Below, piece by piece: positions 1-7,937 of a stretch of DNA of 44,283 nucleotides (position 1 is the stretch's first letter; each line of letters opens with the position of its first letter). This DNA comes from Lysobacteraceae bacterium (GTDB lineage: Bacteria > Pseudomonadota > Gammaproteobacteria > Xanthomonadales > BQJN01): positions 1 to 44,283 of the forward strand of contig BQJN01000031.1 in assembly GCA_021604725.1 (NCBI GenBank), given 5' to 3'. The translations under genes and the position numbers were made by a program. Under the pieces are notes generated by a model. That model did no database searches and had not been told where the DNA came from. It was given only the letters and a program-made list of their open reading frames with translations.

Positions 1-590
1 CCGGTATCTTCGATCTTGCCGTCAGCACTGGATTTGATCACACCGCGGGGCCCAAAGGCTTGGCGAAAGGTCTGGCCATTGGCCAACACCGCATCGCCTG
101 GGTAGTCAACATTCTCTGGCTCATCTTCCGCGTTGAGGTGATACAGATTGCCAAAGAACTCGTCGAAGCCATGGTTGGTTGGCAAGTGTTCGTCACGATC
201 GCCCAGATGATTCTTCCCAAACTGACCGGTCATGTAGCCATGGCTCTTAAGCAGACCGGCAATGGTCGGGTCCTCAACCGGCATGCCTTCCTTTGCGCCG
301 GGAAGACCGACTTTGGTCAGGCCGGTGCGGATTGGCGACTGCCCGGTAATAAAGGCGGCGCGCCCAGCAGTGCAACTTTGCTGTCCGTACCAGTCAGTGT
401 ACATCGCTCCTTCGCGCGCGATGCGATCAATATTGGGCGTCTTGTAGCCCATCACCCCCAAGTTGTATGCGCTGATGTTGTACCAGCCAATGTCATCGCC
501 CCAAACCACAACGATGTTGGGTTTGTCCTGAGCAAATACGCTGGCAGAAGCCAGAACGGTGCTCATTAGAAAGGCCTTTCCAAGTTTCAT
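1..590 (-). CDS. Sulfatase-family hydrolase (alkaline-phosphatase superfamily), N-terminal part; 3' end lies beyond the window start
   Basis: Reverse-complement translation of 1-590 gives MKLGKAFLMSTVLASASVFAQDKPNIVVVWGDDIGWYNISAYNLGVMGYKTPNIDRIAREGAMYTDWYGQQSCTAGRAAFITGQSPIRTGL... This carries a Sec signal peptide, the DD metal-ligand pair and a (C/S)-x-(P/A)-x-R formylglycine motif (C-T-A-G-R) followed by xxxTG. The ATG at complement(588..590) is preceded by GGAGGTGG. The ORF has no stop inside the window, so it is absent from the ORF track. Confidence 0.75.
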   Translation of the reverse strand, partial: MKLGKAFLMSTVLASASVFAQDKPNIVVVWGDDIGWYNISAYNLGVMGYKTPNIDRIAREGAMYTDWYGQQSCTAGRAAFITGQSPIRTGLTKVGLPGAKEGMPVEDPTIAGLLKSHGYMTGQFGKNHLGDRDEHLPTNHGFDEFFGNLYHLNAEDEPENVDYPGDAVLANGQTFRQAFGPRGVIKSSADGKIEDT

Positions 591-716
591 TTCCACCTCC
601 ACGAGTGTGCCAATCGCGCGCGAATTCCCCGGCGCGATTCCGTCACCGTAGCACGTGGTATGAAGGCCTGCCGCAGATGGCAGTGCGACGTAACTAGTTG
701 TTGCGACTGGAAATGA

Positions 717-1241
717 CTAGGTATCAGCCGCGAAATGCTGAGCCTCGCTAACAATCTCCCGATTATCTTCGATACGATCCAGCCACAGCAGCCCATCGAG
801 GTGATCGATCTCGTGTTGTGCGACGCGAGCAAGAAAGCCGCTCCAATCGACATGCACCCAATCGTTGCTACCTACTTGCTGATAGCTGAGCCTGATCTGG
901 GCATGGCGGGGCACGCGACCACGAATGCCCGGAATGCTGAGGCAGCCCTCGAAGCCCAACTCAATCTCGTCACTGAGCGGCGTTATCTTAGGGTTGATCA
1001 ATGCGGTCAATGGCATGTCTGGTGCATGCGGGTAGCGTGCGTTGGGCCGTGAAGCGACAATCACCACCCGTTTCGATTCACCGATCTGCGGTGCGGCAAG
1101 GCCCATGCCATTTGCCTCCAGCACGGAATTGATCATGCGGTCGATCAGATCAGGCAGAGCGGGGTCAAGCGGATCCACCGGCTGCGCAGTTTTTCTCAGC
1201 GTGGGGTGACCGATTTCCAGGATGGCGGGAAGTTGACTCAC
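717..1241 (-). CDS. def: Peptide deformylase
   Basis: 174 aa with the three PDF motifs: GLAAPQIG, EGCLSIPG and HEIDHLDG. Confidence 0.9.
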   Translation of the reverse strand: MSQLPAILEIGHPTLRKTAQPVDPLDPALPDLIDRMINSVLEANGMGLAAPQIGESKRVVIVASRPNARYPHAPDMPLTALINPKITPLSDEIELGFEGCLSIPGIRGRVPRHAQIRLSYQQVGSNDWVHVDWSGFLARVAQHEIDHLDGLLWLDRIEDNREIVSEAQHFAADT

Positions 1242-1894
1242 TGCGCGATCCAGCTAGCGGCGGTGTCGGCCAGTTCAATCATCACGTCTTGTTCAGTTCG
1301 GCCCGACCGCTTCAAAACCTTGAACCCATGATCGGCACCGTCTACGACATGCATGGTCGCTGTGGGCAGCGCCCCAGTTACGGTTGTGATCAAAGACAGT
1401 TCGGCAAGCCGATCACGGGTACCCTGAAGATACAGCATGGGTACGCTGACTTGATCAAGGTGTGCCGCCCTTTCGGTTCCCGGTTTGCCGGCAGGATGCA
1501 ATGGGAATCCGAAGAACACCAATCCGGCCAGGTCGGGTAGATGGCCCTCTGCTGCACAGGCCGAACTGATGCGCCCACCCATGGATTTACCCCCTGCAAA
1601 CCACCTCAGCTGCGGTTGGCTAGTTGTTGCCAGGGTCCAGGCGGCTCGGATCGTGGCCTTCAAAACGTTTGGGTAATCCGGCCGTCGCGAGCCCTTTTCC
1701 ATGTATGGGAACTGATACCGCAAGGTGGTGACGTTGCGTTGGGCAAGGAGCTCGGCCAACTGGTCCATGAACACGTGATGCATGCCGGCACCGGCACCGT
1801 GGGCCAACAGCAAGCCGTGTCGGGCTTCGGGCGCTTCGGTCCACTGACCGGAAACCGAACCAATAGACTCAGAGATCGCGATCTGCAGCGGCAT
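1238..1894 (-). CDS. Alpha/beta-fold hydrolase (dienelactone-hydrolase-like)
   Basis: 218 aa with a GGKSMGGR nucleophile-elbow-like motif and a downstream FFGFPLHP...QGTRD. The stop overlaps the def start (ATGA), so the two are co-transcribed. Confidence 0.55.
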   Translation of the reverse strand: MPLQIAISESIGSVSGQWTEAPEARHGLLLAHGAGAGMHHVFMDQLAELLAQRNVTTLRYQFPYMEKGSRRPDYPNVLKATIRAAWTLATTSQPQLRWFAGGKSMGGRISSACAAEGHLPDLAGLVFFGFPLHPAGKPGTERAAHLDQVSVPMLYLQGTRDRLAELSLITTVTGALPTATMHVVDGADHGFKVLKRSGRTEQDVMIELADTAASWIAQ

Positions 1895-2408
1895 ACTGAT
1901 CTTTCAAAATGGCGTAATGTTTGGCCGAATACATCAACATCTCAACGTCTTCATCGCCGAGTTCCCTGGCATGTCGCGCGGGTTGTCCGCGCCACAGGCT
2001 GCGTGGTGGTACGACTTTGCCTGGAGAGACGATGCTGCCAGCAGCAACAAAGCAATGGTCGCCCAGGATTGCGCCGTCCAGAACGACCGCACCCATGCCG
2101 ATCAGGCAGCCGTTGCCTACAGTGCAGGCATGCAGCGTCACGTTGTGGCCGACCGTGACATCATCACCGATGATCAACGGGCCACCTTTCGGGCTATACG
2201 GGCCAGCGTGGGTGACATGCAAAACGCTGCCGTCCTGAATGTTGGTTCGTTCGCCAACTCGTATGTAGTTGACGTCGCCGCGAATTACCGCGCATGGCCA
2301 CACTGAGGTGTCCTCACCGAGCACGACGTCGCCAATTACCACGCCGCTTCTATCTACCCACGCGCTGGGGGCGATGATCGGTGTTTTATCTGCAAAGGGT
2401 CGAATCAT
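1869..2408 (-). CDS. Gamma-class carbonic anhydrase family / hexapeptide-repeat (LbH) protein
   Basis: 179 aa with left-handed beta-helix hexapeptide repeats (VIGDVVLGEDTSVWPCAVIRGDVNYIRVGERTNIQDGSVLH...) and the His ligand pattern of the gamma-CA/YrdA/PaaY family. It overlaps the downstream hydrolase gene by 26 nt. Confidence 0.85.
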   Translation of the reverse strand: MIRPFADKTPIIAPSAWVDRSGVVIGDVVLGEDTSVWPCAVIRGDVNYIRVGERTNIQDGSVLHVTHAGPYSPKGGPLIIGDDVTVGHNVTLHACTVGNGCLIGMGAVVLDGAILGDHCFVAAGSIVSPGKVVPPRSLWRGQPARHARELGDEDVEMLMYSAKHYAILKDQYAAADRDL

Positions 2409-2555
2409 TGACTAATGATAGCCCGAATCGGACGCGAATTCGCTGACCGTCATTATTATTAAAGATAGGACAAAAGAGATCGAATCAAACCTGTGGATAA
2501 CACCATTTGAGGTAATGAAACAGGCGTCTTCACGAAATTTTCATATTTGCGATGA

Positions 2556-2585
2556 TTGACTGTATATGTCGGACATACGTATTGA
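2556..2585 (+). promoter_or_regulatory. Putative sigma70-type promoter with an embedded palindrome, upstream of the protease gene
   Basis: TTGACT (2556-2561), a 17-nt spacer containing the perfect palindrome TATGTC-G-GACATA (2565-2577), then a weak -10-like GTATTGA. The 2409-2714 intergenic region is AT-rich. Confidence 0.2.
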
Positions 2586-2714
2586 AACGCAAATTGAACT
2601 GGTGTAAGGTCCAAGCCAACTTGAGGGTGAGGGCCTTCGAGTAGGGGTATATCGCTCAATATCGTTCGTGTCACGGCCCAGGGGGTCGCGGCCTGCTGTT
2701 GAGCCTTTCAATAA

Positions 2715-5111
2715 TTGGGAAAAAACGGGGTTCTTATGAACATCAAATCCACCAGGGGAACGTCCCCAGGTATTCGCGCCCTTGTGTTGGCGCTCGGCTT
2801 GGGCATTGCTGCCACGGCCGCAGCTCACCAGGGCGAGCCACCGCGAGGCTACGCGGACTTCGCCGCTGTCAAAAAATCCATAGACGCCATGAGTGTTGAC
2901 GCGATTGATGCGGCTGACCTGCTGTATCGCGATCAACTGAAGGCAGCCAGCAGTGGGCAGGGCCCGGTGCAGTATGCGCTGCCGGCCAAGGTATCGATCA
3001 CCACTGACAGTCACGGCACTTGGTCAACTGTTGAGGGCGGCCAGCTTTGGCAACTGAAAGTAAATGCACCGGGTGCCACCGACCTCAACTTCGGGTTCAC
3101 CACGTTTGATTTGCCGAAAGGCGCTACGCTGCATATCTACAGTGCAGACGGCAAGTACTTCCAAGGGCCCTACACGCGTCAACATCAACAGGACAAGCAG
3201 CTTTGGACACCGGTCATTCCTGGTGGTGAAGGCGTGGTTGAACTGTTTGTGCCCGATAGCGCGGGTGAGGCCAAGATTGAATTGACGCAGATTGGTCGCG
3301 GCTATCGCAACCTGTTTGAAAAGGGCTTGTACGCTGCTATCAAACAAGGCAGCTGCAACAACGACGTGGTTTGTCCGGAAGGCAACGCCTGGGCCGATCA
3401 GATCCGCAGTGTCGCCGTTTATGGCACCAACGGCTCGACGTTTTGCACCGGTACGCTGGTCAACAACGTTGAGCAGGACGGTCGGCCGTTTTTCATTACC
3501 GCCAACCATTGCAACCTCAACTCTGGTAATGCGCCTTCAGTGGTGACTTATTGGAACTACGAGTCACCGAGCTGTGGCCAGCTCAGTGGCGGCTCCTTGA
3601 GCGATAACACCAACGGTGCCACGTTCCGCGCGTCCAATGCCAACAATGACATGGCATTGATCGAGTTGAGCAGCGTGCCGGATTCTAGCTACAACGTCTA
3701 TTACGCCGGCTGGGACGCACGCTCTAGCGTGTCACCATCGGGTAGCGTCGGTATCCACCATCCGAACACCGATGAGAAGGCGATCTCGTTCAATACTGAC
3801 CCGCTGACCACAGGCAATAGCTGCATCGGTGGTGGCGGTTCCAACACGCACTGGATCGTTGACGATTGGGAAGACGGAACAACCGAGCCGGGTTCTTCAG
3901 GTTCGGCCCTTTTTGACCCATCAACCCAGCGCATGATTGGCTACTTGTCAGGCGGTACCGCGTCATGCTCCAACACCTCAGGCTATGACTGCTACGGCAA
4001 GATGTCTGTCGGTTGGGGCGTAGGTCTGTCGCAATGGCTGGATCCGAATGGCACCGGCACACAATTCGTCGATGGTATGGACAGTGGAGGCACACCGCCG
4101 CCACCGCCTCCACCACCCCCACCGGGCGGCGGTGAACTTGATAACGGCGAAACCGTCAGCAACCTCTCTGGTGGTGCTGGTGAGTGGACACACTACACGG
4201 TTGAGCTGCCCTCAGGTGCGACCAACCTGGCAGTCAGCATGTCAGGCGGCAGCGGCGATGCCGACTTGTACACTCGAGATGCTGGTCAACCGACCACCTC
4301 CAGTTACGACTGCCGACCGTATGCCAGTGGCAATAACGAGAACTGCAGTGCTGCCAGCCCGGCCAGTGGTACCTACTACATTAGTATTCGCGGGTACTCG
4401 GCCTACTCAGGCGTTTCACTGACAGTGAGCTGGGATGACCCGGCACCGCCGCCTCCGCCCCCACCACCTGGTGGCGGTGATCTGGGCAATGGCGACACAG
4501 TAACCGGTTTATCTGGTTCAACCGGTGCCTGGGATTACTACACCATCGAAGTGCCAGCTGGCGCGACTGATCTGGTGGTTAGCATGTCCGGTGGCTCAGG
4601 TGATGCAGATCTGTATCTACGTGAAGGCGCACAGCCAACGACGTCAGCCTATGACTGCCGTCCGTATCAAAGTGGCAACAACGAGAATTGCACGGTGGCC
4701 AGCCCAGTGGCTGGAACCTACCACGTAGGCATTCGCGCTTACTCGGCTTACAGCAATGTATCGTTGTCAGTGACCTGGACCGATGGCGGAACACCTCCGC
4801 CACCCGTGGGTGGTGGCAACACCATCAACAACATCTCGGCGTCACGGAACACCTGGAAGCACTACACGCTGACTGTTCCGGCGGGCATGGCTAATCTGGA
4901 CGTTGATATCTCCGGTGGAAGCGGCGATGCGGACTTGTACGTTCGCTTCGGTTCGCAGCCGACCACTTCAAGCTACGACTGCCGTCCGTACCTAAACGGC
5001 AACAACGAGTCGTGCAATTTCAGCAACCCGGCGGCAGGGACCTGGCATATCAGTGTCCGCGCCTACCGCACATTCTCAGGTGTCACGCTGGATGCGTACT
5101 ACAGCCCGTAG
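2715..5111 (+). CDS. Secreted lysyl-endopeptidase-like (Achromobacter protease I family, S1) serine protease with pre-pro region and three C-terminal PPC (pre-peptidase C-terminal) domains
   Basis: 798 aa. A signal peptide is followed by a ~200-aa propeptide. The catalytic core matches API closely (SCNNDVVCPEGN...TGTLVNN...FFITANHC; NNDMALIEL; GWD...IHHP; TEPGSSGSALFD; WLDPNGTGTQFVDGMDSGG), with H, D and S of the triad in place. Three ~105-aa repeats follow (GETVSNLSG...WTHYTVELPSGATNL...GGSGDADLY...YDCRPY...GNNE.C...GTY.I..R.YS.YSGV.L), separated by poly-Pro linkers. Confidence 0.85.
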   Translation: MGKNGVLMNIKSTRGTSPGIRALVLALGLGIAATAAAHQGEPPRGYADFAAVKKSIDAMSVDAIDAADLLYRDQLKAASSGQGPVQYALPAKVSITTDSHGTWSTVEGGQLWQLKVNAPGATDLNFGFTTFDLPKGATLHIYSADGKYFQGPYTRQHQQDKQLWTPVIPGGEGVVELFVPDSAGEAKIELTQIGRGYRNLFEKGLYAAIKQGSCNNDVVCPEGNAWADQIRSVAVYGTNGSTFCTGTLVNNVEQDGRPFFITANHCNLNSGNAPSVVTYWNYESPSCGQLSGGSLSDNTNGATFRASNANNDMALIELSSVPDSSYNVYYAGWDARSSVSPSGSVGIHHPNTDEKAISFNTDPLTTGNSCIGGGGSNTHWIVDDWEDGTTEPGSSGSALFDPSTQRMIGYLSGGTASCSNTSGYDCYGKMSVGWGVGLSQWLDPNGTGTQFVDGMDSGGTPPPPPPPPPPGGGELDNGETVSNLSGGAGEWTHYTVELPSGATNLAVSMSGGSGDADLYTRDAGQPTTSSYDCRPYASGNNENCSAASPASGTYYISIRGYSAYSGVSLTVSWDDPAPPPPPPPPGGGDLGNGDTVTGLSGSTGAWDYYTIEVPAGATDLVVSMSGGSGDADLYLREGAQPTTSAYDCRPYQSGNNENCTVASPVAGTYHVGIRAYSAYSNVSLSVTWTDGGTPPPPVGGGNTINNISASRNTWKHYTLTVPAGMANLDVDISGGSGDADLYVRFGSQPTTSSYDCRPYLNGNNESCNFSNPAAGTWHISVRAYRTFSGVTLDAYYSP
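4125..5108 (+). repeat. Three tandem intragenic PPC-domain repeats separated by poly-proline linkers
   Basis: The repeat units are ~4125-4439, 4470-4790 and 4809-5108. The linkers are (CCN)10 at 4095-4124, PAPPPPPPPP at 4440-4469 and PPPPV at ~4793-4807. The protein-level repeats are clearly homologous. Confidence 0.7.
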
Positions 5112-5167
5112 CGGCTGACTATGCAGACCAGCCTCTGCTTGGGCTGGTGCTGCAATTAGGCTAAGAG

Positions 5168-5202
5168 AAAGGGTCGGCATTTGCCGACCCTTTTTCGTTT
5201 TT
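5168..5202 (+). terminator. Rho-independent terminator after the protease gene
   Basis: The stem GGGTCGGCA/TGCCGACCC (5171-5190) is preceded by AAA and followed by TTTTTCGTTTTT. Confidence 0.8.
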
Positions 5203-5270
5203 GGCCGAGGCCGGGCGATAAGCTTGCTAAACGTTTAAACTACGGCACCGCTTTGAGCCAAGAGTTGAAG

Positions 5271-7898
5271 ATGAAGAACGCCAGCGCCCGCACAGCGATC
5301 AAACGCAGTGACTACAGCCCACCGCCGTTTCTGATTGACCATGTTTCACTGGATGTGCAGATTGACGCGAACTCGACCACGGTTAAAGCTCGTCTGTCTT
5401 TGGCAAGAAACGAGGGCGTTGCTGCCGATACGCCGTTGCGGCTGGACGGCGACGCACTGGATACAAAACGCGTCATCCTCGACGGCCAACCGCTAGGCGA
5501 AGACGCCTGCCAAATCGAAGACAGCGCGCTGACGATCCAGCATGTTCCTGATCGCTTTGTCCTGGAAACCGAGGTGCTGTTGCAGCCGGACAGCAACACC
5601 GCTCTCGAAGGCTTTTACCGGTCCGGCGACTTCTTGCTGACGCAGTGCGAAGCGGAAGGATTTCGCCGCATTACCTGGTTCATTGATCGGCCGGATGTGA
5701 TGAGCCGGTTCAAGGTACGCATGAGCGCAGACCGAGACCAGTTCCCGGTGCTGCTCAGCAACGGCAACCCCGCTAACGCTGGCGTTTGCGACGACAATCC
5801 GCAACGCCACTATGCCGAGTGGGATGACCCCTTTCTCAAGCCCAGTTATCTATTTGCCATGGTCGCGGGAAAGCTTGAGCACATTGAAGACCAGTTCGTC
5901 ACCATGGAGGGTCGTACGGTGACGCTAAAGCTGTGGGCAGAAGCGGCCAATATGCACAAGGTTGATTACGCAATGGCGGCCTTGAAGCGTTCGATGAAAT
6001 GGGATGAACAGCGGTTTGGTCTGGCCTATGATCTGGATATCTTCCAGATCGTTGCCACCGATGATTTCAATATGGGGGCGATGGAAAACAAGTCGCTCAA
6101 TATCTTCAACTCAAAGTATGTGTTGGCCAGTCCCGAAACGGCCACCGATGCCGATTTCGAGGGCATTGAAGGGGTTATTGGTCATGAGTACTTTCACAAC
6201 TGGACCGGCAATCGTGTGACCTGTCGCGACTGGTTTCAATTGACCCTGAAGGAAGGGCTGACGGTTTTTCGTGATCAAGAGTTTTCCGCTGACATGCAAT
6301 CTCGCGCCACCCAGCGCATTGGCGATGTAAGAGCCTTGCGTGTAGCCCAATTCCCGGAAGATGCCGGTCCCATGGCGCATCCGATTCGACCCGATGCCTA
6401 TGTCGAGATCAACAACTTCTACACCGCTACGGTGTATCAGAAGGGCGCGGAAGTGATCCGCATGTATCACAGCTTGTTGGGCGAGGACGGGTTTCGGCGT
6501 GGCATGGATCTGTATTTTCAGCGCCATGACGGGCAAGCGGTGACCTGCGATGATTTCTTCGCGGCGATGCGCGATGCCAACGATGATGCGCTGGAAGGCT
6601 TCAGCGGCTGGTATGAACAAGCCGGAACGCCGGTGGTCGAGGTTGAAAGTGATTACCACGCCGATAGCCAAACTCTGACCCTGACCTTGTCGCAACACAC
6701 GCCTGATACACCAGGCCAGGACAACAAGAAGCCGGTATTGATGCCGGTGCGAGTTGGCTTGATCGGTGAGGACGGGTCGGACTTGCCGCTACACTGCGAT
6801 GGACTGGAACATGGTGATACCTTGCGTTTTTCCCAGCCCAAGCAGTCGTTTGTATTCTCTGATGTTGCCAGCAACCCGGTTGTATCAATATTTCGAGGGT
6901 TCTCCGCTCCGGTCAGCGTTGAACAAGGGCTATCTACTGCGCAGTTAAAGCTGCTATTGCGCGCCGACAGCGACCCATTCAATCGCTGGCAGGCCAGTCA
7001 GACGCTGGCCAGCAATGAGATCAAACGTTTGGTGGCTGAACCCGGTGGCGAAGTAGATGCGCAACTGGTCGATATCCTGGTTGGGCTTGTCGACGAGCAA
7101 GACACTGACCCCGCTTTGATCGCTGAAATGCTGCGAGTTCCTGACGAAACAACCTTGGCCAGTGCATTCACACCGTTCGACCCCGACGCCATTCACCAGG
7201 CTCGAGTGGCTCTGGTGTCTCGAATCGGTGAAGTGGGCGAGGCGGCACTGGAACGGCGCTATCATGCGCAGGCCTGTGCAGACCCTTACCAGCCCGATGC
7301 CGAACAAATCGCCGGCCGAGACTTGCGCAACGTTTGCCTTGATCTGCTGCGAGATCGGCCGGTCGGTCAGGCGTTGGCGAAAGCTCAGTTCGACAGCGCT
7401 GACAACATGACCGATCGCTTCGCGGCATTGCGGAGCCTGGTGTTTGGTCGGTCACAGCACGCGGATGGTGCCTTGAAGCGCTTCCATGAGCAGTTTGGCG
7501 AAGACGCATTGGTCATGGACAAGTGGTTGGCGGTACAGGCCATGGTCCCTGGTATCGCCACCCTGCAAACGGTTCGTCAGCTGATGCAGGGGTCGGTATT
7601 CAATATCCTCAATCCGAATAAAGTCCGGTCATTAATCGGTGCATTTCTGCATGGTAATCCAACGGCGCTGCACGACCTGTCTGGCGATGGTTACAAGTTC
7701 GCCGCTGAATGCGTGCTGACGCTGGATCGGACCAACCCGCAGATCGCTGCACGACTGGTTTCGGCCTTCAATACCGTGGGTCGTATCGAAAAGCAGCGGG
7801 CCGTGCTGATGACTGCAGTGCTACAGGGCCTGGCCAGTCACGATCTCTCTTCCGATGTTGGAGAAATCGTCGACCGGGCACTCGCACAAGCGGGCTGA
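5271..7898 (+). CDS. pepN: Aminopeptidase N (M1 family)
   Basis: It is collinear with E. coli PepN along its full length. Motifs present are GAMENKSLNIF, HEYFHNWTGNRVT (HEXXH), LKEG and the C-terminal ERAP1-like domain. The track's 5181 start lies inside the upstream terminator, so the call was trimmed to the ATG at 5271 (MKNASARTAIKRSDYSPPPF, which matches the PepN N-terminus). Confidence 0.95.
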   Translation: MKNASARTAIKRSDYSPPPFLIDHVSLDVQIDANSTTVKARLSLARNEGVAADTPLRLDGDALDTKRVILDGQPLGEDACQIEDSALTIQHVPDRFVLETEVLLQPDSNTALEGFYRSGDFLLTQCEAEGFRRITWFIDRPDVMSRFKVRMSADRDQFPVLLSNGNPANAGVCDDNPQRHYAEWDDPFLKPSYLFAMVAGKLEHIEDQFVTMEGRTVTLKLWAEAANMHKVDYAMAALKRSMKWDEQRFGLAYDLDIFQIVATDDFNMGAMENKSLNIFNSKYVLASPETATDADFEGIEGVIGHEYFHNWTGNRVTCRDWFQLTLKEGLTVFRDQEFSADMQSRATQRIGDVRALRVAQFPEDAGPMAHPIRPDAYVEINNFYTATVYQKGAEVIRMYHSLLGEDGFRRGMDLYFQRHDGQAVTCDDFFAAMRDANDDALEGFSGWYEQAGTPVVEVESDYHADSQTLTLTLSQHTPDTPGQDNKKPVLMPVRVGLIGEDGSDLPLHCDGLEHGDTLRFSQPKQSFVFSDVASNPVVSIFRGFSAPVSVEQGLSTAQLKLLLRADSDPFNRWQASQTLASNEIKRLVAEPGGEVDAQLVDILVGLVDEQDTDPALIAEMLRVPDETTLASAFTPFDPDAIHQARVALVSRIGEVGEAALERRYHAQACADPYQPDAEQIAGRDLRNVCLDLLRDRPVGQALAKAQFDSADNMTDRFAALRSLVFGRSQHADGALKRFHEQFGEDALVMDKWLAVQAMVPGIATLQTVRQLMQGSVFNILNPNKVRSLIGAFLHGNPTALHDLSGDGYKFAAECVLTLDRTNPQIAARLVSAFNTVGRIEKQRAVLMTAVLQGLASHDLSSDVGEIVDRALAQAG

Positions 7899-7937
7899 GC
7901 ATTGTTGGAACGCTCGGTGACTGCGATCATTACAGCA

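Noticed and set aside
60-569. 169-aa + strand ORF at the window start
   Set aside because: It lies antisense to the sulfatase gene, whose minus-strand translation has a clear signal peptide and sulfatase motifs. It has no motifs of its own and is a typical high-GC antisense open frame.
1541-2158. 205-aa + strand ORF overlapping the alpha/beta hydrolase and gamma-CA genes
   Set aside because: It is antisense to two well-supported minus-strand genes. Its translation is Arg/Cys/Gln-rich low-complexity sequence with no domain signature.
6111-6698. 195-aa minus-strand ORF inside pepN
   Set aside because: It is entirely antisense to the full-length, motif-confirmed aminopeptidase N gene.
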